Shown here: one piece after another, positions 25,289-36,628 of the stretch
How positions within the stretch are numbered: the first letter of the stretch is position 1
Layout: every line of letters begins with the position of its first letter
Assembly: GCF_001194135.2 (NCBI RefSeq)
Contig: NC_068998.1
Location: 25,679,413 to 25,720,948, forward strand
Direction: 5' to 3'
Length of the DNA stretch: 41,536 nt
Source: Octopus bimaculoides
Taxonomy: Eukaryota
Translations under genes and position numbers: made by a program
The notes under the pieces: generated by a model
Databases searched by the model: none
Told to the model about the DNA's origin: nothing
The model's input: the letters and a program-made list of their open reading frames with translations, nothing else

Positions 25289-25292
25289 GTTA
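25226..25292. repeat. (TTA)n microsatellite shared by Dong copies B and C
   Basis: Visible repeat between the two elements. Confidence 0.97.
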
Positions 25293-25900
25293 TTCAGTAG
25301 TCTTATTTTTATCATGTACTTTCGTTACACTACCGAGCGAAGCTCTGTGTGTCTTGGTTATGTGCTGTGGTTTGTTGTGATACCCTTACTTTTACTGTAT
25401 TGAAAGTGTTTTACGTAGGATGTGTGTGGTGCCTAGTAGTGCTATTTTCTGTATGTTATATATACTTGTAAGTCCTGGTGTCTTTGTTATGTATTTATCT
25501 GAATATTTGTCAGCCTTGGCGTTTTTGTTATGTATTTGTCTGAATATTTGTTAGTCTTGGTGTTTTTATGTATTTGTCTGAATATATTTTATCATTTAGA
25601 AATAATACATTTCTAAATCTCTCAGAGATATTTATGCAGTAGTGATACGATGAAGTAGTTGTATGCTGTCAACTTAATGTGACAGTCCCCTGCTCATTAT
25701 TATACATTCATACGGTCTGGGTTTGTTGTTTTTCGCTGTTTACATCGTTTTTGTTGGACATGCTACGTCTGTCTTCGTATTTTACAGTCCCAGTGCTTAT
25801 GATATTATCTGGCATTGCTGTTTGGTTACTTTCTACGTTTTCACTATTTCTATTTCTGATAGTTTTCTTCCAAATTTTATGTGTATATGTTATTGTGTTT
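25293..25900 (-). mobile_element. R4/Dong-clade LINE 3' end, copy C
   Basis: 25293-25500 closely matches the 3' end of copy F (37920-38140), including the ..HILRKTLSIQ* coding end and 3' UTR. A decayed KLSEIEIVK..ALG lies further in. The left boundary is firm and the right one approximate. Confidence 0.8.
25474..25588. repeat. 41-bp tandem triplication inside Dong copy C
   Basis: Units start at 25474, 25515 and 25556 (c(c/t)tgg(t/c)gt(c/t)tttgttatgtattt(a/g)tctgaatatttgt(c/t)ag). Confidence 0.92.
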
Positions 25901-26464
25901 TCGTTCCGTGAGTAGAGCACTGCCGTGAAATATGCGTGTAGTATTGAAATGTATTATTCACGTGTCGATTTATGCTTTTTTGATTTTATTTGCGGGAAAT
26001 GAGGAATAACGTCCGGCCCTTTATTCTGATGGTTATCATTTTCATAGGGTACCGGTCGTTTCATTATTGGTAACATTTTTGCACGAGTAGTTTTTCGTGC
26101 TTGTTGTTAACCTTGGATTGAATAATACCGGTATTCTTTAATTTATTTTTATTTGTTGGTGCACGTTAGTTGGTGTCGGAGATTGTCTGATGTTGATTGG
26201 ATAGTAATGTGACGAGCGTGTTTATACGTGTTATGGGGTGATGGAGATGATACATATTTTAAATACATCATTTCATTTGGAAAATAGAAATATATTTCCA
26301 TGGGCATTAATTACTCAAATACAATCCAACACTTTTAATAAGTATTACTTACTCGAGTTTCATCCAACACTTTGTCACTGTGGCTAGCGTGTTTACACGT
26401 GTTGTGTGTGAGAGAGATGACACACATTTAGCATACATCGGTTCATTCAGAAAAAAGAAATACA

Positions 26465-26620
26465 TTAAAGTGGTTCCAAGCAGTGCTGTTTTCTGAAAGT
26501 GTTCCACCCTTATTGCAGCCCCTGTTTGTTCCATGTACTTCTCAACATTTTTACTAACAATTCCCAGTGATCCGAAATTTATTGGTATTATCATTCAGGA
26601 AAATAATGTCACCTTTCTTC
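26465..26620 (-). mobile_element. R4/Dong-clade LINE REL C-terminal fragment, copy D
   Basis: IIPINFGSLGIVSKNVEKYMEQTGAAIRVEHFQKTALLGT parallels the C-termini of copies A, E and F. Confidence 0.75.
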
Positions 26621-26696
26621 CGGTTGTATGTTTCGGGTTCGAATTCAGCCGAGGTCGACTTGGCCTTCATCTTTTCAGGGTCAATAAAGTAAGTAC
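26620..26696 (+). mobile_element. tRNA-derived SINE fragment (octopus-type; Meta/Sauria-like core)
   Basis: B-box GTTCGAATTC (26637-26646) followed by gccgaggtcgacttggccttcatcttttcagggtcaataaagtaagtac; same family as 40652-40865. Confidence 0.85.
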
Positions 26697-26835
26697 TGTT
26701 TACATTATCTACATTTGACGGATATTCGTCCTCATCTTGTTTGTTGTTAACACAACGTTTCGGCTGATATACCCTCCAGCCTTCGTCAGGTGTCTTGGGG
26801 AAATTTCGAACCTGGGTTCTCATTCCTATCGATGT
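26697..26835 (-). mobile_element. Short hammerhead-bearing repeat, copy 1 (PLE pLTR-like or retrozyme-like)
   Basis: Its reverse complement aligns along its length with 37672-37828 (taggaatgagaacccag..ttcgaaatttccccaagacacctg..tatatcagccgaaacgttg..ttaacaac..caagatgaggac..aatgtaaa). Confidence 0.8.
26749..26794 (-). ncRNA. Minimal type-I hammerhead ribozyme (predicted)
   Basis: Minus strand: gacac CUGACGA a GGCUG gaggguauau CAGCC GAAA CG UU guguu. Stem I is gacac/guguu, the core is intact, stem II has 5 bp, stem III is palindromic ACGU, and the triplet is GUU. Folded by eye. Confidence 0.75.
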
Positions 26836-26845
26836 TACTATTATT

Positions 26846-27316
26846 NNNNNNNNNNNNNNNNNNNNNNNNNNNNNNNNNNNNNNNNNNNNNNNNNNNNNNN
26901 NNNNNNNNNNNNNNNNNNNNNNNNNNNNNNNNNNNNNNNNNNNNNNNNNNNNNNNNNNNNNNNNNNNNNNNNNNNNNNNNNNNNNNNNNNNNNNNNNNNN
27001 NNNNNNNNNNNNNNNNNNNNNNNNNNNNNNNNNNNNNNNNNNNNNNNNNNNNNNNNNNNNNNNNNNNNNNNNNNNNNNNNNNNNNNNNNNNNNNNNNNNN
27101 NNNNNNNNNNNNNNNNNNNNNNNNNNNNNNNNNNNNNNNNNNNNNNNNNNNNNNNNNNNNNNNNNNNNNNNNNNNNNNNNNNNNNNNNNNNNNNNNNNNN
27201 NNNNNNNNNNNNNNNNNNNNNNNNNNNNNNNNNNNNNNNNNNNNNNNNNNNNNNNNNNNNNNNNNNNNNNNNNNNNNNNNNNNNNNNNNNNNNNNNNNNN
27301 NNNNNNNNNNNNNNNN
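26846..27316. other. Assembly gap
   Basis: N run after (TTA)n. Confidence 1.
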
Positions 27317-27422
27317 AAGGCAATATTTCCGACATTAAAGAATTGTTTTGAATATTGGTAGAGTTACTTCCAAATTTCAGATCGCGTTTCTCTCTTTTCC
27401 CTCTTTATTTACAGTTGAAAAA

Positions 27423-27447
27423 TCAGCAGCAACAGTTTCAGCAGCAA

Positions 27448-27480
<33 letters not shown>

Positions 27481-27487
27481 TAGTAGT
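27423..27487. repeat. (CAG)n-(TAG)n compound trinucleotide repeat
   Basis: Visible repeat. Confidence 0.93.
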
Positions 27488-28104
27488 GTACCACTCGCTG
27501 GAAAATGATTAAATGAAATTTAAATTTGAAAAGAATTACCGACATACCCAGAGTCCGTTCGATGCAAATAGTTAAAATGACAGCAACAGTAAAGAAGCGG
27601 TAAGTAGAAAAATCATGGCATAAATGCAATACTGTATTCTGTTAATTTATTTACCTGTGTTCGTTTAATTTCGTTCTCGATATTCTTCCGGTGTGGTGCA
27701 TTTTGCTTTCATCAGTCCGAGGTCACCTGTAATAAATGTTTGTTTTTGCACTATTATAATGAGTCAATAAGTATTATGAACAGACATAATAAAATTTTAG
27801 AAATGAAACCAAAAATATTCTATGGGAAATGAAAATGTTATTTCTGTGATCTAACATTTGATGTATGTTAAAAAGCTTATAAAAAACTTATGATACGAAA
27901 TAGTGAGGACTTCCTAGTAATGAAATTTTCTATTTGAAATTTCTTCTTATAAATTCATATATGAATTTACTTTAAAGATCTGAGCAGTGAATTCATTCTT
28001 AATAATCTTTAGAAGTATATTTTTTTTTAAAATTGTCCCAATCGAAGAAAATATTAAAAAAATACACAGAATATTGATTTTCAATTTTGGGATAGGCATA
28101 TCGG

Positions 28105-28267
28105 AGGCGTAGATAACTGGACTACATCAGCCCCAGTGCTCCACTGGTAGGTACTTATTTTATTCCCCACTAAACGATAAAACGCAAAGTCGACCTCGGT
28201 GGAATTTAAACTCAGAACCCTCAACGTTCTGCCCGGCATGTTAACAACCATATCAGCTCACCGCCTT
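28105..28267 (-). mobile_element. tRNA-derived SINE (octopus-type), internally deleted
   Basis: Reverse complement of the family consensus: ...gtacttattttat...aaagtcgacctcggtggaatttaaactcagaac...cagctcaccgcctt. Confidence 0.85.
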
Positions 28268-28283
28268 AAATAACCAGAATATT

Positions 28284-28466
28284 CTTTCCCACTCTAGGCA
28301 CAAGACCCGAGATTTTTGGGAAGGGAGCCAGTCGATTAGATCGACCCCAGTACGCAACTAGCTCTTAATTTATCGTCCCAAAAATGATGAAAAGCAAAGC
28401 CGACCTCAGCGGAATTTGAAATCAGAACATGAAGACGCGCTAACATTTCTGACAGATGACCTTCTT
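28284..28466 (-). mobile_element. tRNA-derived SINE (octopus-type) with apparent target-site duplication
   Basis: Reads actctaggcacaagacccgaga...gtcgattagatcgaccccagtacgcaac...gccgacctcagcggaatttgaaatcagaac. Flanked by identical aaataaccagaatatt (28268-28283 and 28467-28482). Confidence 0.85.
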
Positions 28467-29162
28467 AAATAACCAGAATATTGAAACCTATTAGTTAAGA
28501 CATGTTTGTGATAAATTGACAACACCTTCAGTAGTAATCTAGTTTTATTTGTTTTATGTATATTTTTTTATTTATACGTATGTTAGGAAAGAGACACCTG
28601 AGTAATTTTCATGCCTTTCCAAATGATGAAGAGATAGAAACCACATCCCGAATCCTACTTGCTGGCACCTTGCCTTCCTATACAGCATTTTCCAATGAAA
28701 TGTGAAAACGATATAGAAAATGTAATGAAGCTAAGTAAATATGTAGGTTGATTAATTCAATAAAAGAAAGTAGGAAAACTTACTAACTGACAAAACGTCT
28801 AATCTCAATTGAGATATATTTATTATTGCATTCTTTATCTCATTTTCGTTTTAACTTTCATAATGTGAAAAATGTCCAAATAAAAACTGAAGAGAAAACC
28901 ACTTATGAGAAATAGACAGAAATTTCGTTTGTTTGTTTGTTTGTTTTGCTTTGTTGCTTTGGAATTTAAGATACAAGGAACTAGACTGGACATCTGCTAC
29001 TTAATTAGTAAAGAATAAATCGGAGAAAAAAAAAGATGATGGAATGGAAAGTGGGAAGAATAGGAGATAAAACGGAAGAGGAAAGATTAAATCATCAGTG
29101 AGTTTGAAAAACTGATTATAATTTCAAGTTTAAAAATTACATGAAATATATATATATTATAA

Positions 29163-29197
<35 letters not shown>

Positions 29198-29622
29198 NNN
29201 NNNNNNNNNNNNNNNNNNNNNNNNNNNNNNNNNNNNNNNNNNNNNNNNNNNNNNNNNNNNNNNNNNNNNNNNNNNNNNNNNNNNNNNNNNNNNNNNNNNN
29301 NNNNNNNNNNNNNNNNNNNNNNNNNNNNNNNNNNNNNNNNNNNNNNNNNNNNNNNNNNNNNNNNNNNNNNNNNNNNNNNNNNNNNNNNNNNNNNNNNNNN
29401 NNNNNNNNNNNNNNNNNNNNNNNNNNNNNNNNNNNNNNNNNNNNNNNNNNNNNNNNNNNNNNNNNNNNNNNNNNNNNNNNNNNNNNNNNNNNNNNNNNNN
29501 NNNNNNNNNNNNNNNNNNNNNNNNNNNNNNNNNNNNNNNNNNNNNNNNNNNNNNNNNNNNNNNNNNNNNNNNNNNNNNNNNNNNNNNNNNNNNNNNNNNN
29601 NNNNNNNNNNNNNNNNNNNNNN
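29198..29622. other. Assembly gap
   Basis: N run between (TA)n tracts. Confidence 1.
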
Positions 29623-29944
29623 ATATATATGCACATATATACATACATATTACAGACATATATTCCCACGTACATACATTCCTAACTATTAAGGGCCAAT
29701 TATCGTAATTGCTTGAAGTTGCCAATTATTTTTCATATTGAGTTTTAATTTTCTGCTAGGGAAACGATGTATTTTAAGCTCCAAACTCTAATAGCTTATA
29801 GAAATGACTCTGTACTTTCTCTTTCGCTTTATTTCTCCCCTACCCCTCATTCTGTCTCTCTTTCTCTTATGCACATGTGTAGACACAAGAATACTTACTC
29901 ACAAAAACAGACACACACGTATTTATACATGTCTACCTTTCTTT

Positions 29945-30079
29945 ATATCTATCTATCTGTCTGCCTGCCTTTCTATCTCTCTCTCTCTATCCATCTATTT
30001 ATCTATCTATCTCTTTCTCTCTTCTTCTCTCTCTCTCACTCTGTCTATCTCTTTCACTCTCTCTCTATCTCTCTCTTTA

Positions 30080-30145
<66 letters not shown>

Positions 30146-30189
30146 GATATATATATATATATATATATATATAAGGGAGACAGACAGGC

Positions 30190-30267
<78 letters not shown>

Positions 30268-30326
30268 GTAGATAGATAGACAGATAAATAGACGGACAGA
30301 CAGGCAGGCAGATAGATAGATAGATA
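29945..30326. repeat. Compound (TCTA/CT)n-(TA)n-(GACA/GATA)n microsatellite
   Basis: Pyrimidine-rich half, TA centre and purine-rich half. Confidence 0.95.
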
Positions 30327-31129
30327 CTGTAATGTTTTGGCGTTTGGTGTAATTTATACTTCTGAAATTTTTGCGCATTTCAGGTAAAATTTCTCTTCTT
30401 CTTATACGTATATGTGTATATATTGTATTTCTGGAGTCATCTTTTCAACTTGGCAATACTAATATATGTTTCATCATGTATTCAATAACGCAAACCTTGA
30501 AGACATGATATAGAATGTCATGAGGGGTCCAAATTAAAGATGCTTATCTCTCTCCAAACTACATCTTTCAATTTAAGTAAATTTAAGTAAACAAAACTCT
30601 TGAAGCTAACGAGTTTATAACGCTAGTTTTTTCTTAGTGTATAGTATCAGTTCTGACGTGCTTATATTGGCTACCTTAACAAAGTGAATTTAGTGACACA
30701 GAAATTGCTTTAAAAATTGAAATTACAAAGCATTAGCGTCTTTGACAACTCTTGTAAAGAACGCGAGAGAAATTTGTGTAAGTATTTGAGAAGGGTTTGT
30801 GCTTCAAAATCTCCGAATATATTTTGATCATATAAGAACTCTAGAAAAATATTTGTTATCACACTCAAATCGGATTTTAGAACGATTAAAATTATACGCT
30901 GATTAGGAATTTTTTGGTGAACTGGGTTGTTGGCAATTTCAATATATTGGTGAAATTCCGATGGTAAATGCGATAACAATGATCTGTCAATTTTATGTAT
31001 CCTATCATATCACATATGTGATTTTAATGTAATGCACCGCTTCTGACTGGTAAACTAAGTTATTATATTTACATGCTACTATATTATACTACATTAAATT
31101 GTTATAATACTACCTCAAATTCACGACAC

Positions 31130-33650
31130 AGTTCGTGAGGTGGTGGCAACAGTCTGGGATGGCCGATGTAAGAGATTTTTCCTTGCTCTGGCCGTGGAAG
31201 GAAGATCACCTCCGGTAATCTGGTAGAGTCACCCAAGGCGGGCAGGTTGATGCTGATCCCAAACTGGCAAACGGGGCTATGTTTACCGGCATGGGGAGCA
31301 GCGTAGCAGGTGTGAATCGTTGGTGGAAGAGCTGTCAACCTAGCAAGTGTCAACCAGTTCAGTCAGAGAAATACTGCGACCTTCAAAAGACGTGGCTCAT
31401 ACTGATAATTATACTGAACTGTCAAAAGAGTAGTCATGACTATAGATCATTCCAGAAACTCATCCCGCATCGATCGTCACGCTGATTACTAGGAGTCGAG
31501 ACCAAGGGCGCCGGTTCTGGCACCTGCTTTAGACAAGTCAGCTACAGAACCAAAATTGAAATTTGCCAAACGCAACCATCCTGATAAAGTGCCGACTTTG
31601 AATGGAAGAACTTTGAAACCTATATCTCAAATATCAGAACTTGCTGCATCGGCTATCAACTTTGATATTGACATCATGTGTGTACAGAAATTCCCTCTCT
31701 TCCAGGATGATCACGGTTTAAAGCATCATGACTCGATAACAACTGGACTTCTGTGTCTGCATCTGCATGGAAATCTCTATTAATAGCACCATCGGTGGTG
31801 TAAGATTATTACTCAGCCCACATACCCTGAAATCACGAAACACTATTGAGAGAATAACGTCTAGACTAATTATTGTCAATTTCAATGGTAACCCTTCAAC
31901 TACTGTCACCTGCTGCTACAGACCAACAAATGTCAGCGATGAACAAGAAGTCATAAATTTTTATAATGATATATCGTCTCTTGTACGATATAGACCACAA
32001 CATAACATCCTCATCATTGAAGATATGAATGCACTATACATTCAAAGCTAAATCGACAGAATCAAAAACGCAGCAAACAACAGTCTTCCTTGGCGTGGCA
32101 AACAGTAAATGAAGTGAGTAATCGGAAGAAATGCTCCAAAGCAAAGTTGAAGGCCTCTAGCCTAGAGGAGAGACTGAGTTAGTGGAAAGGTCATTTGCAA
32201 AACATTCTTGGGAAATTACCGAATACATTAAACCAGCAGATTTATCTTATTGCTGAGGTAGTCCTGGATATCAAGTAAGGACCCTTCTCAATAGACCAAC
32301 AACCGAAAGGCTGCAGGATTGGATGATATCCCTCTTGAATTCTGGAAAACTGGAAATTTCAATGACATTCTTCTCAAATCGTGCAAATCAGTATATCATC
32401 AAGGCGAGATAAAATTGTGGACAGAAGAATGTATTACCCTTTCGCCATAAAAAGGGATCTTGGCCTTGCAATAAAGTACAGAGGAATTACATTAACAACA
32501 ATTGCAACTAGGATTTACAATGCATTGCTACTGAATCGAATCGAACCTAAAATTAAAGAGTTCTTAGGAAAAATTAAAACGGAATCAGGAAGAGCCGCTC
32601 TACAAATGGTGAAATTCTTACTGTTGGGAGGATGTTGGAAGGAGCACAAGCCAAATACCTTAATGTAGTTCTGCTCTTTGTTGACTTCTCCAAGGTTTTT
32701 CACTCTGTACACAGAGATAAGGCGGCAGAAATCCTTAGGGCATATGGAAACCCTGATGAAAAAATAAAGGCAGTAATGATGCTGTATAAAAACACATGAC
32801 CGAAAGTGCGGTCACTAGATGGATATACTGAATTCTTCGATCTTCATGCAGGAGTACTGTAGGGTGACACAGCAGCTCCTTACTTATTCATCTTGTGTCT
32901 CGATTATGTATTGCGTACCTCAATAGCTCAACACAATGATATAGGTCTCACTCTACAGAAGTCTAGAAGCAGATATCCGGCTACCTATTTGACGGATGCC
33001 TATTATGCAGATGACATAGCACTCTTCGCAGACAACAGGAAAGATGCTGAACGTTTACTCCATCTCCTGGAAAATGCTGCCGTTAACATAGGATTATATA
33101 TGAATGAAAAGAAGACAGAGTTTATCAACTAGAACACAAGAGGTGAAATCTGGACCATCAAGCAGAAGCCCTTGAAAAATGTCAAGTTTACTTATCTAGG
33201 AAGCAATATCGTGTCCACTGAAAAAATATTAAACCTCGCCATGCTAAGGCTTGGGCAGCTATAGACGATCTTAGAACAATATGGAAGTCAACCCAACCAG
33301 AAATATTCAAGAGAAACAACGTTATATGGAAATGTACCAACCTTCTCATCAACCATCCAAGAGCGGAGATTGAGGTTTGCTAGGCACTGCTGGAGAAGTA
33401 AGAAAGAACTTGTGAGTAATGTGTTGTTGTAGACACCAAATCATAGTACTACAGCGGCTGGAAGACCACGGAAGACGTATATACAGCTGCTTGCGGAAGA
33501 TGTTGGATGCCAAACAATAAATGGTTGCAGAACTTAGACACGTTACAAAAGTATTGGGTATCACCAACATCACGTAAAATGCAAATAACAACAACTAAAT
33601 CAGCAGTCATGTCTCGACAATCATTGCGCAAATATGTCAACACTCCAACA
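31130..33650 (+). mobile_element. RTE-clade LINE (APE + RT), decayed with internal deletions
   Basis: APE N-terminus PTLNGRTL..DIDIMCVQ..IIVNFNGNPSTTVTCCY.PTN..EDMNA. RT region KAAGLDDIP..KYRGITL..FVDFSKVFHSV..GVL*GD..YADDIAL (33004-33015)..NEKKTE..FTYLGS..RFARHCWR..GRPRKTY. A GC-richer leader from ~31130 is taken as the 5' UTR; boundaries approximate. Confidence 0.9.
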
Positions 33651-35458
33651 GAAAATTAATGTTTATATTAAAGGGAAATGAAATATAAATAATCTTGAGT
33701 ATAATACTCAAACGTCTGTCTAAAACAACTAGTCTTTGAAAAGATTCCAACATTCATCAATCAGTCTTACTCATACTAACCCTGATGAACTTACAGAATA
33801 TGGAACCCGGACAAAATCATCAAAACGTTATACCATAACCAAAAGGATTTAGTGTCGTGCAGCATAGAGAACCATGACACTTATATACACACCCAAGTCA
33901 ATTCCAGAAGGACGTACTTCTGATAAATCAAGCCCACATATTTCCTTTTTTGACTGAAGAATGACTCATACCACTAACACTATGATAGGAGATAACGACG
34001 ACGCTTATACGTCACTGATTGTTCTGCTACTAATGGCGGTTAAATTTCTCTTTCATCACCTCATAGTCACTTTAAAAAAAGGAAGCCATATTAGACATTG
34101 GAATCCGGAGGACCACTTATCAACAAGCTCTATGCGAGTCCTCATCGGCAACCAACGCACACACGCACGTCTTTATTCTAACACCGCATCCAGAAGTGGA
34201 GTTCCATTCGACGCTTACATATAGAAAATGACGCTCCCTGTGCGGAAAATGAAAGATACGAATTAGATTCTTCTTCCGGGTATTGCGAATATTTTGCTTT
34301 CCCTTTCTCGGTCAGGCTGTCATGATTCCAAAGATAAACATTTGCTAATTTTTTCTATTTATTTCCTATTTATTCTCTTCCTTCCCACTTATTCGCAAAA
34401 TATAAACTGAACCTGTTAACGTAGATGACATTACCCACATAACATCCAACTATCATCAAGAATGCTAATTCCAAATTAGCATACTTACTACATACAATGT
34501 ATTCCTCTATTTCTGGAACAACAATGAACGAATACAAGCATTGGAGCGCCATGAAATACATCCACGTACTTCGCATCGTACATACAGCACATGGTACTCT
34601 GCTTCATGCTGCATGACTTCCTAACTGCATGTGATGATCGGTTGTAAATGATATGTTCCATATTTTCTAGGTGTAAAGACACCCGGTGCTTAATAGTTGC
34701 GTCTACATTATGCAAGTCATTTTGATCAGTTTCCGTTAAATATTGAGCGTTCTTGATAATATTCTTTCTGCATCGATTCAGGCTTTCATCTCTTCAGAAC
34801 TGTTAATATAAATACAGTCATATTCTCATATAATGGATTACTCCTGTTTTGTCCATCCATATTAGCTAGCTTAGAAGCTTTTACAGAACATAGTTACAAC
34901 AAATTACGCTATAGATCCAAACGTTGCTGAGTTTGACGTTGTATTTCATTCTTCAGAAATCTATGAAATGAACACCAGCTAATCACTGAAGTTGATGTAA
35001 TCTGCTCAAAATGTCGAATCGATTTGCTCTAAGAGTTCCCAAAATATAAGGTAGTGCCCTAATGTCAGATATCATTATTATTCTATTCTTCTTTTTTCTT
35101 TCAAAGAAGTGTAATTTTAGATTCCATTGCATGGGTTTTACAGCAGTTAGGTTTCAGTTTCATGGCATGAAGGACAAACTGACAGGAAAGAGAGAATAAA
35201 GAGAGGAAATGTAGCTGTCATTTGTCTGAAACAAACAACCGTCTTAATGCAAATATATTTCAACATTTGAGAATAAACAAAAATACAGAATATAAAAAAC
35301 ACAACAAAATTATTTTCCTGTATCAAAACCTATTTTAGTTATATCCCCATTTGAAATAATTATGAGAATTTAGAATTTTTGTTTGTTTGTTTTATATGTG
35401 TGACGTTTCTTCAAACGACGATCCCCCTATAATGCTGGAAAACATTATGTAAATCAGC

Positions 35459-35617
35459 AAGGCGGCGAGCTGGCAGTAATCGTTAGCACGTCAATCAAAT
35501 TGTTTAGCTGCATTTCATCTGCACTTACGTTCTGAGTTCAAATTCCGCCGACTTTGCATTTCATACTCTCCAGTTCAATAAATAAAGCAACAGTCGAACA
35601 CTTGGGTCGATGTAATG
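35459..35617 (+). mobile_element. tRNA-derived SINE (octopus-type)
   Basis: aaggcggcgagctggcagtaatcgttagcacg...gagttcaaattccgccgactttgcatttcat...gggtcgatgtaat. Confidence 0.88.
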
Positions 35618-36577
35618 ATATAAATCAAGCAAACAATCATAAAACAAATCCAGTATTTATAACTTCTGTTTTTTGTGCTTCCATTTTTGACTTTTATTAA
35701 CAAAATATTATTGCATTATTTAGACGGGAGAGCATTTACGATGATATGTTAACAAGTTATTCTGTAGGAAAGATCATGTGATTTCCTCGAAACATTGATA
35801 TATTTACCGCCACACAATGTTCAATATCATTCGTACATCTACACACATACATATATATATATATGATAATGCAAATGTGTGTGCCAGTGTGTGTGTGTGT
35901 GTGTGTGTGTGTGTACATATATATTTATATCTCATTGTCTGGTCGACGACTAAGCTGGTACCCCCAACAGACTTGCCAGAGACCGAGATGGATTAAAATC
36001 AAGACTTGTCAAAAGACGTATAGGATCTACTAATAGCACGACCCGTCAGGAATTCTGTGTTGGTATCCGACGTGCTGGAAGATTATGAGGAGTGAGGCAC
36101 TCCTAACCATTTGTTAAATTACGTCTCTGTAAGGAAGTCACTCATATATAAAACCAGATATGCAGGGAGTAGTACTGGACATTTTAGTGATATATTACTC
36201 GCATTTGATTGCACACTCATAATCATCAGAACCTTGAGTCTACGAGCGATGCTGGGCCTGGCTTTCTCTGGATCATGTCAGTAGGGAGAAGAGGATCCGT
36301 GTGGTACTTTGCAAGTCACATTAGGACTAAAATTTTAGGCACTGCAATTGCTGGTGAGTTGATCATCCAGGTCCCGGTCGAGTAGGAGCGTGCCGCGGCG
36401 CGTTTGGAAGCCTCATACACGACCCGGATAAAGGCGGCTGTACGTGCAACAACCTTATCCATGGATACTGTTGACATTTTGCAAAAACAATGGTCACAGG
36501 TGGACAAACGTCATCATCATCATATATGTACGTATATAAATATATATATAATATAGTATAATATAATATTATGTATT

Positions 36578-36628
<51 letters not shown>

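Noticed and set aside
25474-25588. Regularly spaced 41-bp repeats as a CRISPR array
   Set aside because: The units are contiguous with no unique spacers, lie inside a eukaryotic LINE, and no cas genes are present.
26554-26823. 89-aa ORF MRTQVRNFPKTPDEGWRVYQPKRC...
   Set aside because: It reads across three unrelated repeats (hammerhead element, SINE, Dong fragment) and is not a gene.
27640-27725. CTGATGA on the minus strand near 27712 (also 33782 plus and 36222 minus) as further hammerheads
   Set aside because: No stem II followed by GAAA at a suitable distance.
34370-34715. Possible Helitron remnant (RVSLHLENMEHIIY resembling VHLENGQRVYF)
   Set aside because: Only one short motif matches and the flanking frames are unconvincing. 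A profile search would be needed.
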